A stretch of DNA of 64,000 bases. Origin: a virus (taxonomy: Duplodnaviria > Caudoviricetes). Position 1 is the first letter of the stretch. Each line of letters opens with the position of its first letter. Below the pieces are notes generated by a model, which made no database searches, was not told where the DNA came from, and was given only the letters and a program-made list of their open reading frames with translations. Below are positions 9,326 to 19,490 of this stretch, piece after piece. The stretch covers positions 128,001-192,000 of IMG/VR virus record IMGVR_UViG_3300017780_003104; one strand, 5' to 3'. Both the position numbers and the translations under genes were made by a program.

Positions 9326-9961
9326 ATGCAAACTCGTTATAAATACAACAGAACAAAACATCTTCCATGGTCCCCCGGTGCAACTTCAGATGATAAGATT
9401 CTTAAGGACACTTCTTGCTTTAATGGTAAGACGGTAATCATTACTGAGAAGATGGATGGTGAAAATTCCACTCTTTATAGTGATTATTATCATGCACGTT
9501 CATTAGATGGTAGGGATCATCCTTCACGTTCATGGATTAAACAGTTTCATGCATCTATTAAGAATGACATTCCAGAAGGATGGCGTATATGTGGTGAAAA
9601 CCTTTATGCAAAACATTCCATTGGATATGATAAGCTAAAATCATATTTCTATTGTTTCAGTATTTGGGATGATACTAACTATTGTTTATCTTGGAAAGAC
9701 ACTGTAGAGTTTTGTCAGTTGTTAGGTATTGAACATGTTAAGGTTTTTAAGACTTTGAAGTGGGACGAATTAACAGTAAAGAATTTCTTAATTGATTCTG
9801 AAAAAGAGGAAGGTTATGCTGTTCGTAATGTTGGTGGATTTCTATATGAAGACTTTGGAAGTAACGTAGCGAAATGGGTAAGACCAAATCACGTAACCAC
9901 TTCGACCCATTGGCTACATTCGGAAGTGATACCAAACAAGTTAATTAAAACCGAAGTATAA
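9326..9961 (+). CDS. second RNA ligase family protein
   Basis: KYNRTKHLPWSPG..SDD, TEKMDGEN, ICGENLYAKHSI, EGYAVR, KWVR; start moved to ATG 9326. Confidence 0.8.
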   Translation: MQTRYKYNRTKHLPWSPGATSDDKILKDTSCFNGKTVIITEKMDGENSTLYSDYYHARSLDGRDHPSRSWIKQFHASIKNDIPEGWRICGENLYAKHSIGYDKLKSYFYCFSIWDDTNYCLSWKDTVEFCQLLGIEHVKVFKTLKWDELTVKNFLIDSEKEEGYAVRNVGGFLYEDFGSNVAKWVRPNHVTTSTHWLHSEVIPNKLIKTEV

Positions 9962-9968
9962 TCACTAT

Positions 9969-10556
9969 ATGAACATTTTTGTATTAGACGAACATCCCCA
10001 ACAAGCTGCACAATGGCATTGTGATAAGCATGTAGTTAAAATGATTCTTGAGTCTGCACAATTAATGTGTTCAGTGTATCATCTTAATGATATTGAAGCA
10101 CCATATAAGCTAACTCATAAGAATCATCCTTGTGCTATTTGGGCTAGAGAGTCTTTAGGTAATTTTAAATGGTTGTTGAGACATTCCAAGGCATTGACCG
10201 AAGAATATTATGAGCGTTATAATAAAATTCACAAAAGTGAAACTGTCATTAGATGGTGTGAAGAAAATATCAATAAGTTAAAATTTCCTAGAGAACACAT
10301 GACACCTTTTGCTCTGGCTATGCCTGACGAATATAAACGTGCTACACCAGTTCAATCATATAGAGAATACTACAAAGAAGGTAAAAAACATTTACATAGT
10401 TGGAAACGCAATCATCCACATTGGATTGACAAGTATATGGATAAGGAAACATCTGAAATGCTTTGGAGTGCAGATCCCAATTGTGAACATGTTTATGACC
10501 CTTATAATTATTCGGGTATAAAATGTAAAAAATGTAATGGGTGGTATTGTTTATGA
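9969..10556 (+). CDS. pyrimidine-dimer DNA glycosylase-like protein
   Basis: MNIFVLD, CDKHVVKMILESAQL, THKNHPCAIWARES family signature. Confidence 0.75.
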   Translation: MNIFVLDEHPQQAAQWHCDKHVVKMILESAQLMCSVYHLNDIEAPYKLTHKNHPCAIWARESLGNFKWLLRHSKALTEEYYERYNKIHKSETVIRWCEENINKLKFPREHMTPFALAMPDEYKRATPVQSYREYYKEGKKHLHSWKRNHPHWIDKYMDKETSEMLWSADPNCEHVYDPYNYSGIKCKKCNGWYCL

Positions 10557-10957
10557 ATCTTTTAAAGAAAATGAATCCAGAATATTTGCCAGAAAATGAT
10601 ATCTATATGTTTAGGTATGATGTGGATACATACTACAATCACAACACTAGTTTAGGATGTAGGGTATTTATAATTTCTTCAAAAACACCTAAAGGAGTTT
10701 GGGTGGTTCCTGATTGGACTAATTTACATAATGAAGAAGATGTTAAAAGATATCGTAAATTTGTTCGCAATGATGGTGTAAAAAGATTCGCATACGAAAC
10801 TAGAGAACTTGCAAGACATTCATTCTTATGTAGGAAAAGACGACATATTGAGATTCTAAAATCACAACTAAAGAAAGCAGAAGATGGGTATGTTCTTGCT
10901 GGTGGGACATTACCTATAGCAACTAGATATAGAACTTGGTTCAACGAATACGATTAA
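10553..10957 (+). CDS. hypothetical protein
   Basis: ORF track; ATG overlaps the upstream stop. Confidence 0.6.
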   Translation: MNLLKKMNPEYLPENDIYMFRYDVDTYYNHNTSLGCRVFIISSKTPKGVWVVPDWTNLHNEEDVKRYRKFVRNDGVKRFAYETRELARHSFLCRKRRHIEILKSQLKKAEDGYVLAGGTLPIATRYRTWFNEYD

Positions 10958-10982
10958 TTAAAACCCGAACTACAATACAGAC

Positions 10983-11327
10983 ATGAAACTTGAATTTAAA
11001 TCAACTAAGGACATTTTACCAAAGGATCGTGAATTTATTCTCTGTATTAAGACAGATAGAAGTCTTTATTATGAGGACTCCCCACTTCCAGAATTTTATG
11101 AATGTGAGTGGTCTTGGTCTGATGGTGAAGGTGGACAACTATGCCATTCTGATGAATATTCTTTAGAAAATCCTCCAGAAGACTATCCATATCTTTTAAT
11201 TTTAAATGGTGAGGGATTTGTCATCTGGACGAATGAAATCAATAAATGGAATCCAGATATTCAACATTTATGGTGGGTTTTTCAGGAAGAGTTTAACACC
11301 ATTTGGAGAAACGCCAAACACGTTTAA
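10983..11327 (+). CDS. hypothetical protein
   Basis: ORF track; promoter 6 nt upstream. Confidence 0.65.
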   Translation: MKLEFKSTKDILPKDREFILCIKTDRSLYYEDSPLPEFYECEWSWSDGEGGQLCHSDEYSLENPPEDYPYLLILNGEGFVIWTNEINKWNPDIQHLWWVFQEEFNTIWRNAKHV

Positions 11328-11354
11328 TTAAAACCGAACTACAATTAGACCACG

Positions 11355-13292
11355 ATGAAAACGGGAATCCTCACAACAAAGACCATCGCATCCGACGATA
11401 TCAAAGATAACAAGAGTATAATGGGTATGTCTGCTAAGGGCATGGAGATGGCACAATATTTTCTTCGGGATAAGATTTATTCTGATAAGGTTTTAGCTGT
11501 CGTTCGTGAATACATTTGTAATGCACAAGATGAACATATAAAGTATAATATCGACAAGAATGTTGATGTTAAATTGACCAAAGTTGATTCCAAATGGGTA
11601 TGGTCCGTTCGTGATTATGCTATGGGACTGAATGAATATGATATCCGAAATGTATTCGGTATGTATTTTGAGTCCACTAAGTCAAACGAAAATGATTCTG
11701 TTGGTGGATTTGGAATTGGGGGAAAGGCCGGATTCTCCTATACGGATACATTCTATGTCAATTCCCATTACAATGGAACTAAGAGTTGCTACGTATGCAC
11801 ACTTGGATCTGGAACTAAGGGTATTCCAGTTGGGGAGATTTATAAAATCTCTGAGGAACCTACTACCGAACAAGGTATTGAAATCAGTTTGGATGTTGAT
11901 AAGGATGTTAGTCAGTTCTCAAGGAAAACTCATAATTTGGTTGAATTCTATCTACCAAATGCCAACATACTATTCGAAAACGAATACTATTCTAAGGTAT
12001 ATGCACCTCTACAACCAGATACCGTAAAAACTGTTGGGGATTATGTCTTCAATACCTATACTTCACACCCATATGAGATATATAGTAATGATAAGTTCTT
12101 GATCCGAATGGGGGGTGTCATATATCCATATAAGTCATCATCAGTGAGAGTTGGATCATATGCAAAATGTATTATAGTTGATGTTCCAATTGGAATGCTC
12201 AGTATTCCTATCTCAAGAGAAAGTATTGAAAACACTCCACTCAATGAAAAAGTGTTTGTTGATATCAATAAGTGCTTAGATCTTATAAATGAAGAAGAAG
12301 GGTCCACAATCACTGTTCCAAAATTTGGTGCTGTATGCACGGGAAACGAAGAGTTTAATAAGACCTGTACAGGAGAATGGTTCATTCATCAGTATAGAAC
12401 TCGTTTTGAACTGACGAATACTTGGCAACGTCATATTGGACGTATTGGTAGTGGAGATGATTGTGATCATACATATGGGAAGGTATCGAAAGGTCCGGTT
12501 CATATCGTGTATCTGGTCCCAGATATTAAAAATATTAAGAATTGGCTGAAACGTATTCACCAAACATGTAAGAAAATTCAAGGTGTAGATTTCATTGGGT
12601 TTTCTTACATGAAGATTACAGACTATAATAAAATGATTGCTAGTATCCCTGCGGGAGATACCACTATCGACTTATCTGATTGTGTATTTGTTGATGTTAA
12701 AACTCTTAAACTTCCAAAGCTTGATAAAGGTAAAGTTGATGATACGACCTATTTGGTATATGACCAACATGGATATAAGACATATCACACTGCTGAGTCA
12801 CTCGATGCTATCGTAAGGAAACAACATTTCAATGATGAAGATCTTGAAGATGATTGGTATAACGATTGTAATGGTATGGATAAAGTTAGACTCAGAACCA
12901 TTGGCCGAGTATCCGATTATGGAACTAGGTCAAGTTTTTTCACTGTGAATAGTGTGAAGATGGTCGATTCTCTTGTAGAGCTTGGTTGGTTGACACCTAC
13001 TAGTCCTGAATATGTTTCAATCAAGGCTAAATTTGACGATGAGTATCGTATTAAACGAGAGATTGCTTGTGCGAGTAATTTGTTAAATACTATTTATTTT
13101 GGCACTAATGTCAAGGATAAGGTTAGGAAATACATTGAGAAGAGTCCACATAAGATCACTAGATTTGAAAGGGTCAAAGCTGCCATTCTTGGTGAGAATT
13201 CTGCCCGTGGTCGTATTTTGAAGTCTCTTCAATCCTATGATCGAGCTATTACACGAACAGATCTTCGCAAAATCCTAATGATGAAAGACTAA
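11355..13292 (+). CDS. rIIA: rIIA-like protein (GHKL ATPase N-terminus)
   Basis: KIYSDKVLAVVREYICNAQD, VRDYAMG, STK...GGFGIGGK; paired with rIIB. Confidence 0.85.
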   Translation: MKTGILTTKTIASDDIKDNKSIMGMSAKGMEMAQYFLRDKIYSDKVLAVVREYICNAQDEHIKYNIDKNVDVKLTKVDSKWVWSVRDYAMGLNEYDIRNVFGMYFESTKSNENDSVGGFGIGGKAGFSYTDTFYVNSHYNGTKSCYVCTLGSGTKGIPVGEIYKISEEPTTEQGIEISLDVDKDVSQFSRKTHNLVEFYLPNANILFENEYYSKVYAPLQPDTVKTVGDYVFNTYTSHPYEIYSNDKFLIRMGGVIYPYKSSSVRVGSYAKCIIVDVPIGMLSIPISRESIENTPLNEKVFVDINKCLDLINEEEGSTITVPKFGAVCTGNEEFNKTCTGEWFIHQYRTRFELTNTWQRHIGRIGSGDDCDHTYGKVSKGPVHIVYLVPDIKNIKNWLKRIHQTCKKIQGVDFIGFSYMKITDYNKMIASIPAGDTTIDLSDCVFVDVKTLKLPKLDKGKVDDTTYLVYDQHGYKTYHTAESLDAIVRKQHFNDEDLEDDWYNDCNGMDKVRLRTIGRVSDYGTRSSFFTVNSVKMVDSLVELGWLTPTSPEYVSIKAKFDDEYRIKREIACASNLLNTIYFGTNVKDKVRKYIEKSPHKITRFERVKAAILGENSARGRILKSLQSYDRAITRTDLRKILMMKD

Positions 13293-13293
13293 T

Positions 13294-13542
13294 ATGAAAG
13301 ACACAAAATTCGCTATAAGACATAAAGAGTCTAAGAAATGGGTTAAGATATGGTTTGGTATTGGATTGGAAGGATATGTTCATTTGATGAATGAATTTCA
13401 CTCCGATGTTCTCTATTCCTCTAAGAATCTTATCGAAGAAGACTTATCATATGCCCATTGGGGCGATGGTCGTAAAGGATTTGTTGATCCTAAAGAATTT
13501 GAAATCATGACTATTGAGATAACCTACAAGCTGCCTGATTAA
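13294..13542 (+). CDS. hypothetical protein
   Basis: ORF track; TAATATG coupling. Confidence 0.6.
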   Translation: MKDTKFAIRHKESKKWVKIWFGIGLEGYVHLMNEFHSDVLYSSKNLIEEDLSYAHWGDGRKGFVDPKEFEIMTIEITYKLPD

Positions 13543-13661
13543 TTAAAACCGAATTATAATGACCCTGTTGACAAATTGAAAGAATAGATTAAACTAATAA
13601 ACAGAAAATAAAAATATGACATACCTGACTAAAAGTTGAAGCGTTTGGACTAAATAATAGA

Positions 13662-14279
13662 ATGGGAATACATTCTAAATATCCGAATAACGCTGGAATA
13701 TACAAATTAACATGCACCAACAATAATAAAATATATATCGGAAAATCTCTCAGTTTAAATCGAAGACTTAATGTATATAAAAACTATAAAGTTCATTGTA
13801 GAGCTACTGGATATTTAAAAAATACCATATTAAAATATGGTTGGGATTCATTCAAAGTTGAGATTTTAGAAAATTTTGATATTCAAAACAAAGAACTAGA
13901 TAATCAATATCTATTAGATCGAGAATCATACTATATTGAGTTATACGATTCCACCAATCCCGATATAGGGTTTAACGTGTGTAAGTATTCTTTTGATGCC
14001 ACAGGGAGAACAATGCCAGAAGATTTCAAAATAAAAACCGGATTGAGAATGCGTGGAAATACTATAAATAAAGGACGAGTAATGTCCGAGGAACATAAAG
14101 AAAAACTTAGACAATCCAATCTTGGGAAACCAACTTCAGAAGAGACTAAAGAAAAAATTAGAAAGGGTAATATTGGAAGAATCCATAGACCCGAATCTAT
14201 AGAAAAAATGAGAAAAGCGAAGACCCTTATGTGGGAAGAAAAAAGAAAACAAAAAGAAAATAAACAAATAGAAAACTAA
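13662..14279 (+). CDS. free-standing GIY-YIG homing endonuclease with NUMOD3-like repeats
   Basis: AGIYKL..KIYIGKS, RESYYI, GFN; C-terminal SEEHKEKL/SEETKEKI repeats. Confidence 0.9.
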   Translation: MGIHSKYPNNAGIYKLTCTNNNKIYIGKSLSLNRRLNVYKNYKVHCRATGYLKNTILKYGWDSFKVEILENFDIQNKELDNQYLLDRESYYIELYDSTNPDIGFNVCKYSFDATGRTMPEDFKIKTGLRMRGNTINKGRVMSEEHKEKLRQSNLGKPTSEETKEKIRKGNIGRIHRPESIEKMRKAKTLMWEEKRKQKENKQIEN

Positions 14280-14284
14280 ACATC

Positions 14285-15286
14285 GTGACGTATTTAACTA
14301 ATGCAAGTGCCATCATCCTTTTCCTATCTAATGGAGAAAAGGCCCGAGTCGAAAAGACTGATAAAAATTATGCGAAGATTCTTAAGACCTTTGAATTGCC
14401 AAAGGATGAACAAGAGTCTGCGGTTCGTGAAGTTCTTAACCCTGTTACAGTCATTAAGGCTGATATTCGTGGTAAGGATGGATTTGAAGTGGTTGGAGAA
14501 ACCGTATTTTATAAAGGTGAAGAACTTCCTGCCGCATTGGTGACAAAGGTTCTCTCCATCATCAAGGATGGTCTTCCTCTTGAACACTTTGAAAAGTTCT
14601 GGGAACGTCTTGAAAAGAATCCGAGTGCCGCATCAGTTAATCAACTGATTGACTTCCTTTCATATAAGGAATTACCGATTACCGAGGATGGTCACTTTAT
14701 CGCTTATCGTGGTGTTAATTCCGATTATTACTCCGTGCATGGAAACCTTAAGACAAAGGTTCTACAAGGCAAGGTGGACAGTCAAGGACGTATCCTTAAT
14801 GAGATTGGAGCAACTATTGAAGTTCTTCGTCGTGAAGTTGATGATAATCGTGATGTTGGCTGTTCATTTGGTCTTCATGTTGGTTCTCTTAATTACGCTA
14901 CTAGTTGGGGACCGAAGGTTATTGTCGTTAAAATCGATCCTGCTGATGTTGTGTCAGTTCCAAAGGATTCGTCTTGTCAAAAGTGTCGTGTTTCCAAGTA
15001 TGAAATCCTCTATGATTTCGTAGGTGAAATCACTTCGTCTGTAGTGACGGAAGATGGCGAAGATGATCTTGTCACTAATGACGAAAACGAACGCCAAGAG
15101 TTCATTACTAAGGTTTGCGCGTATCTTGAAAAGAAAACCGATGATGGATATTCTGAGGTTACTGTTCGTCAGATTCAAAATAGTTTCTCACCAATTTGGC
15201 CTAGTAAGGAATCCGTTCTAGATGCACTACAAGACTTGTGGTATGAATGGGATGAAGAAACCTTCGTTGTGAGTTTGGAAGATTAA
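14285..15286 (+). CDS. rIIB: rIIB-like protein
   Basis: FWERLEKNPS, LPITEDGHFIAYRGV, VDDNRDVGCSFGLHV, VKIDPADVVSVPKD...KCRVSKY. Confidence 0.85.
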   Translation: MTYLTNASAIILFLSNGEKARVEKTDKNYAKILKTFELPKDEQESAVREVLNPVTVIKADIRGKDGFEVVGETVFYKGEELPAALVTKVLSIIKDGLPLEHFEKFWERLEKNPSAASVNQLIDFLSYKELPITEDGHFIAYRGVNSDYYSVHGNLKTKVLQGKVDSQGRILNEIGATIEVLRREVDDNRDVGCSFGLHVGSLNYATSWGPKVIVVKIDPADVVSVPKDSSCQKCRVSKYEILYDFVGEITSSVVTEDGEDDLVTNDENERQEFITKVCAYLEKKTDDGYSEVTVRQIQNSFSPIWPSKESVLDALQDLWYEWDEETFVVSLED

Positions 15287-15308
15287 TAGATGTTGTTGTG
15301 GTTGGTCA

Positions 15309-15345
15309 GAACGGGTAGTGTGAAATATCGCTACCCGTTCTTCAT
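15309..15345 (+). terminator. hairpin terminator after rIIB
   Basis: GAACGGGTAG...CTACCCGTTC followed by TTC. Confidence 0.6.
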
Positions 15346-15354
15346 TAGAAAAAT

Positions 15355-15732
15355 ATGAACGAAATATTATTAACTATACTAATTCTTCTTTTGTGGTATA
15401 ATGTATTACAAATATGTACAGGAGCATTTGATTACGGGGTATCACAGTTTCGGGAAGTATCAACTCTTCTAACAATAATTATATTTGGGTTTGGGTTGAT
15501 CTTCTCTATTGTTTTACCAACAGGGTATGATAAAATCACAATGTATCCTGCCACTAACACAAGAGTTGGTGATCAACTGATAATTCAAGCCGAGAACGTC
15601 CCAACACAAATATCATCTGATATTTCATTGATTAATAAACCAGTTCAAATCAAAAAAATATCAGAAAATAATGCGTGGGGTGGTTGTTTGCAGGTCAAAT
15701 ACGAAATAGAAATAATTAAAACCGAACTATAA
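15355..15732 (+). CDS. membrane protein
   Basis: Two hydrophobic segments. Confidence 0.6.
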   Translation: MNEILLTILILLLWYNVLQICTGAFDYGVSQFREVSTLLTIIIFGFGLIFSIVLPTGYDKITMYPATNTRVGDQLIIQAENVPTQISSDISLINKPVQIKKISENNAWGGCLQVKYEIEIIKTEL

Positions 15733-15739
15733 TACGAAC

Positions 15740-16657
15740 ATGCGACAACATATCCTCTGGAAAACTACCACTGAATATCCTTACATTCTAAACTTAGATT
15801 TAGGGTTCACACCTTATAAAAAAGGGTTGGATCTCTTATATAAGAAATTTGAATTTAAGGGTGGTGAACCACATTTTCAAATTACCACCCCTTGTGAGTA
15901 TGCTGCACAATCTCATCTTATCATCACACAACGATATAACACGGTCGGTGATCTATTTGATATCATTCTTGCTAACGATGCTGCTCGACGTATGGGCTTT
16001 AGGAACATTAAGTTGATCCTACCATACTTCCCTGCTGCTCGTCAAGATCGAGTATGTAATGAAGGCGAACCTTTGACAATTAAGGTCTTTACTGATATGA
16101 TTAATGGTTGCGGGTTTGATGAAGTAGTTATCCTATGCCCGCATAGTGAAGTGACACCCGCATTGATTAATAATGTTACAGTTCTTGATGAGCATGAATA
16201 TATAGAGAAGGCACTGGAAACTTATAACCATGATCAGATCAATATCGTATGTCCTGATGCTGGTGCTGGTAAGCGTGTGGGTAAAATTGTAGAATTTCTA
16301 TCGAACGGTCCAAAGAAATTCAAGACAGTAAACCTTATTCGCTGTGAAAAGGTTCGTGACGTTAAGGATGGAAGTCTTAAGGGTTTCTTTGTTCAAGCAG
16401 ATGACCTTGGTGGTTGGCCCACTCTCATTTGTGATGATATTGTATCTCTTGGTGGAACCTTCATTGGGCTTGGAGAAGTTCTTAAGACTAAGAATTGTGG
16501 TAAGCTTATGTTGTTTACTGCTCACGCTGATTGTATCGAGGGTCTTGATAAGATGGCGAATTACTTTGACCATTTCTATACAACAAATTCTAAGCGTAAT
16601 TGGGGAGAACTATCCTTGTCTCCCAATAAGGTGACTTGTTTTGATATTAACTTATGA
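15740..16657 (+). CDS. ribose-phosphate pyrophosphokinase-like (Adps candidate)
   Basis: FKGGEPH, LPYFPAARQDR, VCPDAGAGKR, KVRD, ICDDIVSLGGTF. Confidence 0.85.
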   Translation: MRQHILWKTTTEYPYILNLDLGFTPYKKGLDLLYKKFEFKGGEPHFQITTPCEYAAQSHLIITQRYNTVGDLFDIILANDAARRMGFRNIKLILPYFPAARQDRVCNEGEPLTIKVFTDMINGCGFDEVVILCPHSEVTPALINNVTVLDEHEYIEKALETYNHDQINIVCPDAGAGKRVGKIVEFLSNGPKKFKTVNLIRCEKVRDVKDGSLKGFFVQADDLGGWPTLICDDIVSLGGTFIGLGEVLKTKNCGKLMLFTAHADCIEGLDKMANYFDHFYTTNSKRNWGELSLSPNKVTCFDINL

Positions 16658-16660
16658 AAA

Positions 16661-17437
16661 TCAAACCGCATCTATTCTATCCCACTTCCTATTCATATAG
16701 GGAATATTAGAATTAGTGATTAGTGATTTTAAAATTCTAGAATCCTTTTTCGGAACAGTCAAAATAACCCAACTATCTTTAGTAATTCTTATAGTTGAAT
16801 TTATATCGTAAAATGTTTTGAGATTGTGGGATATTGCTTTAAGATTATCTGTCCAATTTGGGTGTATTTTAATCTTAATATTTTGATTAGTCTTATCCAC
16901 ATACCCATCCCCATCTATTAATCCAGTTATGAAATATTTCAACTTATCAGGTGTTAAAAATTCAATTATGTTAAATGGATTATATGTCTTTTTCGGAACG
17001 ATAGAAAACCTTTCAATCAATCTTCCCAAAGTATAATAATCATTTATAGCAATTCTACTCATTGTATAACCATCAACATTCCAACCATTTTCTCTATACA
17101 CATCAACAATATCACAATTTGTTAATTTTGAAAATCTTTCTAGATGTTGTTTATCGTGAATACTAATCGATAATATCAACTGTTTTTGGGTTATACAACC
17201 ATCTGCGGTAATGAATCCCCACCAATAACAATTCTCATCAATATCTAGGTTTTCCAACCATGTTATATCTTTTTTACTTTTGGTAACTTTTTTATGCAAC
17301 TTATACGTTTTAGCCTTCCATCTAATTTGATCATTAGTTTTATCCTTTAGATGTGTCACTAAATCGTGAGTTTTCATAAACTCATAATTTTCAATAAGAA
17401 ACTGTTCTTGTTCTCGACTCCATTTTCTTTCCTTCAT
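16661..17437 (-). CDS. free-standing LAGLIDADG homing endonuclease
   Basis: YWWGFITADGCI and YFITGLIDGDGYV helices. Confidence 0.85.
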   Translation of the reverse strand: MKERKWSREQEQFLIENYEFMKTHDLVTHLKDKTNDQIRWKAKTYKLHKKVTKSKKDITWLENLDIDENCYWWGFITADGCITQKQLILSISIHDKQHLERFSKLTNCDIVDVYRENGWNVDGYTMSRIAINDYYTLGRLIERFSIVPKKTYNPFNIIEFLTPDKLKYFITGLIDGDGYVDKTNQNIKIKIHPNWTDNLKAISHNLKTFYDINSTIRITKDSWVILTVPKKDSRILKSLITNSNIPYMNRKWDRIDAV

Positions 17438-17492
17438 ACTATTATTTAGTAAAGAGGTTTCTTTTTACGAGGAATAAATTAAAATAAATTAT

Positions 17493-18998
17493 ATGATTAC
17501 AAATCCCTTAACACAAACAGATGCTTATAAATTATCTCATCACGGGTTTATGGACCCATTGACGGAATATATTTACGCTAACCAAACACCAAGAGGTAGT
17601 AGTTACCTACCAGTTCTGAAACAATTTTATGATGATAAGTCCGTGATCTTCGGGTTACAACATTTCATCATTGATTTCCTAATTAATGATTATAACACTG
17701 GATTCTTCAATCTCCCAAAGGAGACTGTGATCAAGAAATTCAAACGTAGGTGTGATGCATATCTAGGAAAGGATAATGTTGATATGACTCGTTTTGAAGA
17801 ATTACATGATCTTGGATATCTTCCAATTCGTATCAAGGCACTACCAGAGGGTAGCAGAGTTAATGTTAAAGTTCCATATTTTACCATTACTAATACTCAC
17901 CCTAAATTTGCTTGGCTTACTAATTATCTTGAAACTATTATTTCCTGTGAAACTTGGAAACCGATTACCAATGCCACTATCGCATTTGAATTCCGTAAGA
18001 TGTTTAATAAGTTTGCTATGGAAACAGTTGGAAATACCGATGGTGTCTGTTTTCAAGGACATGGATTTGAATTTCGTGGTATGAGTGGGAGACACGATTC
18101 TGCTATTAATGGTGCGGCATTCCTTTTAAGCTTTATGGGAACAGATACTATTCCTGCTATTGATTTACTTGAAGATTATTATAATGCTGATGCCGATAAA
18201 GAACTTATTGCTGCTTCTGTTCCAGCATCCGAACATAGCGTAAGTAGTCTTGGAACTGCATTAACAGGGGAGTTGGATTTCTTTAGAGATGCCATCACAA
18301 AACATTATCCAACTGGTATCGTTAGTCTTGTTAGTGACACCTACGACTACTTTAAAGTCATCACTGAGTATGCAACAATTCTTAAAGATGATATCTTAAA
18401 TCGTCAACCCAATGAACTTGGATTAGCTAAAGTTGTATTTAGACCTGATAGTGGAAATCCGGTCAATATTATTTGTGGTGATCCTAATGCTCCTATTGGT
18501 AGTAATGAATACAAAGGCTCCGTTGAGTGTTTATGGGAAATCTTTGGAGGGACTGTATCTGAACAAGGTTATAAGACATTAAACCAAAGGGTGGGATTAA
18601 TCTATGGAGATTCTATCACTCAACAAAGAGCGTATGATATTTTAACTCGTCTCAAAGAAAAAGGATTTGCATCTAATAATATTGTATTCGGGGTTGGGTC
18701 TTATACTTTAAATCTATTAACGCGTGATTGTTTGGGTATGGCTATTAAGGCTACTTGGGCGCAAGTTGATGGTGTGGGTTACGATATTTATAAAGATCCT
18801 ATCACTGATGATGGTCTTAAAAAGTCTGCCAAAGGTCGTCTTAGGGTTGATCTAATTGATGGTGAATATGTTTTGAAAGATCAATGCACGGAAGAAGAAG
18901 AATCTGGAGGAGAACTCAAGACAGTTTTTCTTGATGGTAAATTGATTGTTGATCAAACACTTACTGAGATTCGTGCAAGAGTCGCAACACAATTCTAA
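17493..18998 (+). CDS. nicotinamide phosphoribosyltransferase-like (Nampt/Namat candidate)
   Basis: TDAYKLSH, HGFEFRG, SVPASEHSV, VSDTYD, RPDSG, GLIYGDSIT, FGVGSYT, KKSAKG. Confidence 0.9.
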   Translation: MITNPLTQTDAYKLSHHGFMDPLTEYIYANQTPRGSSYLPVLKQFYDDKSVIFGLQHFIIDFLINDYNTGFFNLPKETVIKKFKRRCDAYLGKDNVDMTRFEELHDLGYLPIRIKALPEGSRVNVKVPYFTITNTHPKFAWLTNYLETIISCETWKPITNATIAFEFRKMFNKFAMETVGNTDGVCFQGHGFEFRGMSGRHDSAINGAAFLLSFMGTDTIPAIDLLEDYYNADADKELIAASVPASEHSVSSLGTALTGELDFFRDAITKHYPTGIVSLVSDTYDYFKVITEYATILKDDILNRQPNELGLAKVVFRPDSGNPVNIICGDPNAPIGSNEYKGSVECLWEIFGGTVSEQGYKTLNQRVGLIYGDSITQQRAYDILTRLKEKGFASNNIVFGVGSYTLNLLTRDCLGMAIKATWAQVDGVGYDIYKDPITDDGLKKSAKGRLRVDLIDGEYVLKDQCTEEEESGGELKTVFLDGKLIVDQTLTEIRARVATQF

Positions 18999-18999
18999 T

Positions 19000-19470
19000 A
19001 TGAAACATATAGTAATTAAAGCACCAGAAAGAAAGCACATTCACCAAGATATACTTAGCGTATTTTTAGCTGGTTCTATCGAAATGGGAACCGCTGAAAA
19101 CTGGCAAGATAAAGTTATTGATGGGCTTTCTATTCATCATCGTATAGCGTTCTTAAATCCTCGTAGGGATGATTGGGATAGCACATGGACACAAGACCTC
19201 AATAATCCACAATTTTATGATCAAGTGACTTGGGAGCTTAACATGTTGAATAAGGCGGATATTATAGTGATGTATTTCGATCCAAACACTAAGTCTCCTA
19301 TCAGTCTTCTTGAACTTGGATTGTATGCAGGTAGTGGAAAACTTATTGTGTGTTGTCCTGATGGATTCTGGAGAAAGGGTAACGTTGATATCGTATGTCA
19401 ACGTTTCAACATTCCAGTATTCACCAATATTGAAACTCTTTTAATGGAAGTGAAGAATCAAATTAATTAA
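19000..19470 (+). CDS. nucleoside 2-deoxyribosyltransferase-like protein
   Basis: VFLAGSI, NPRRDDW, QVTWEL, SPISLLELG; start moved to ATG 19000. Confidence 0.8.
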   Translation: MKHIVIKAPERKHIHQDILSVFLAGSIEMGTAENWQDKVIDGLSIHHRIAFLNPRRDDWDSTWTQDLNNPQFYDQVTWELNMLNKADIIVMYFDPNTKSPISLLELGLYAGSGKLIVCCPDGFWRKGNVDIVCQRFNIPVFTNIETLLMEVKNQIN

Positions 19471-19490
19471 AACCGAAGTATAATAAACAT

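Noticed and set aside
13631-14299. Group I intron in rIIB
   Set aside because: There is almost no non-coding space for a ribozyme core, no terminal G at the junction, and rIIB has its own regenerated start.
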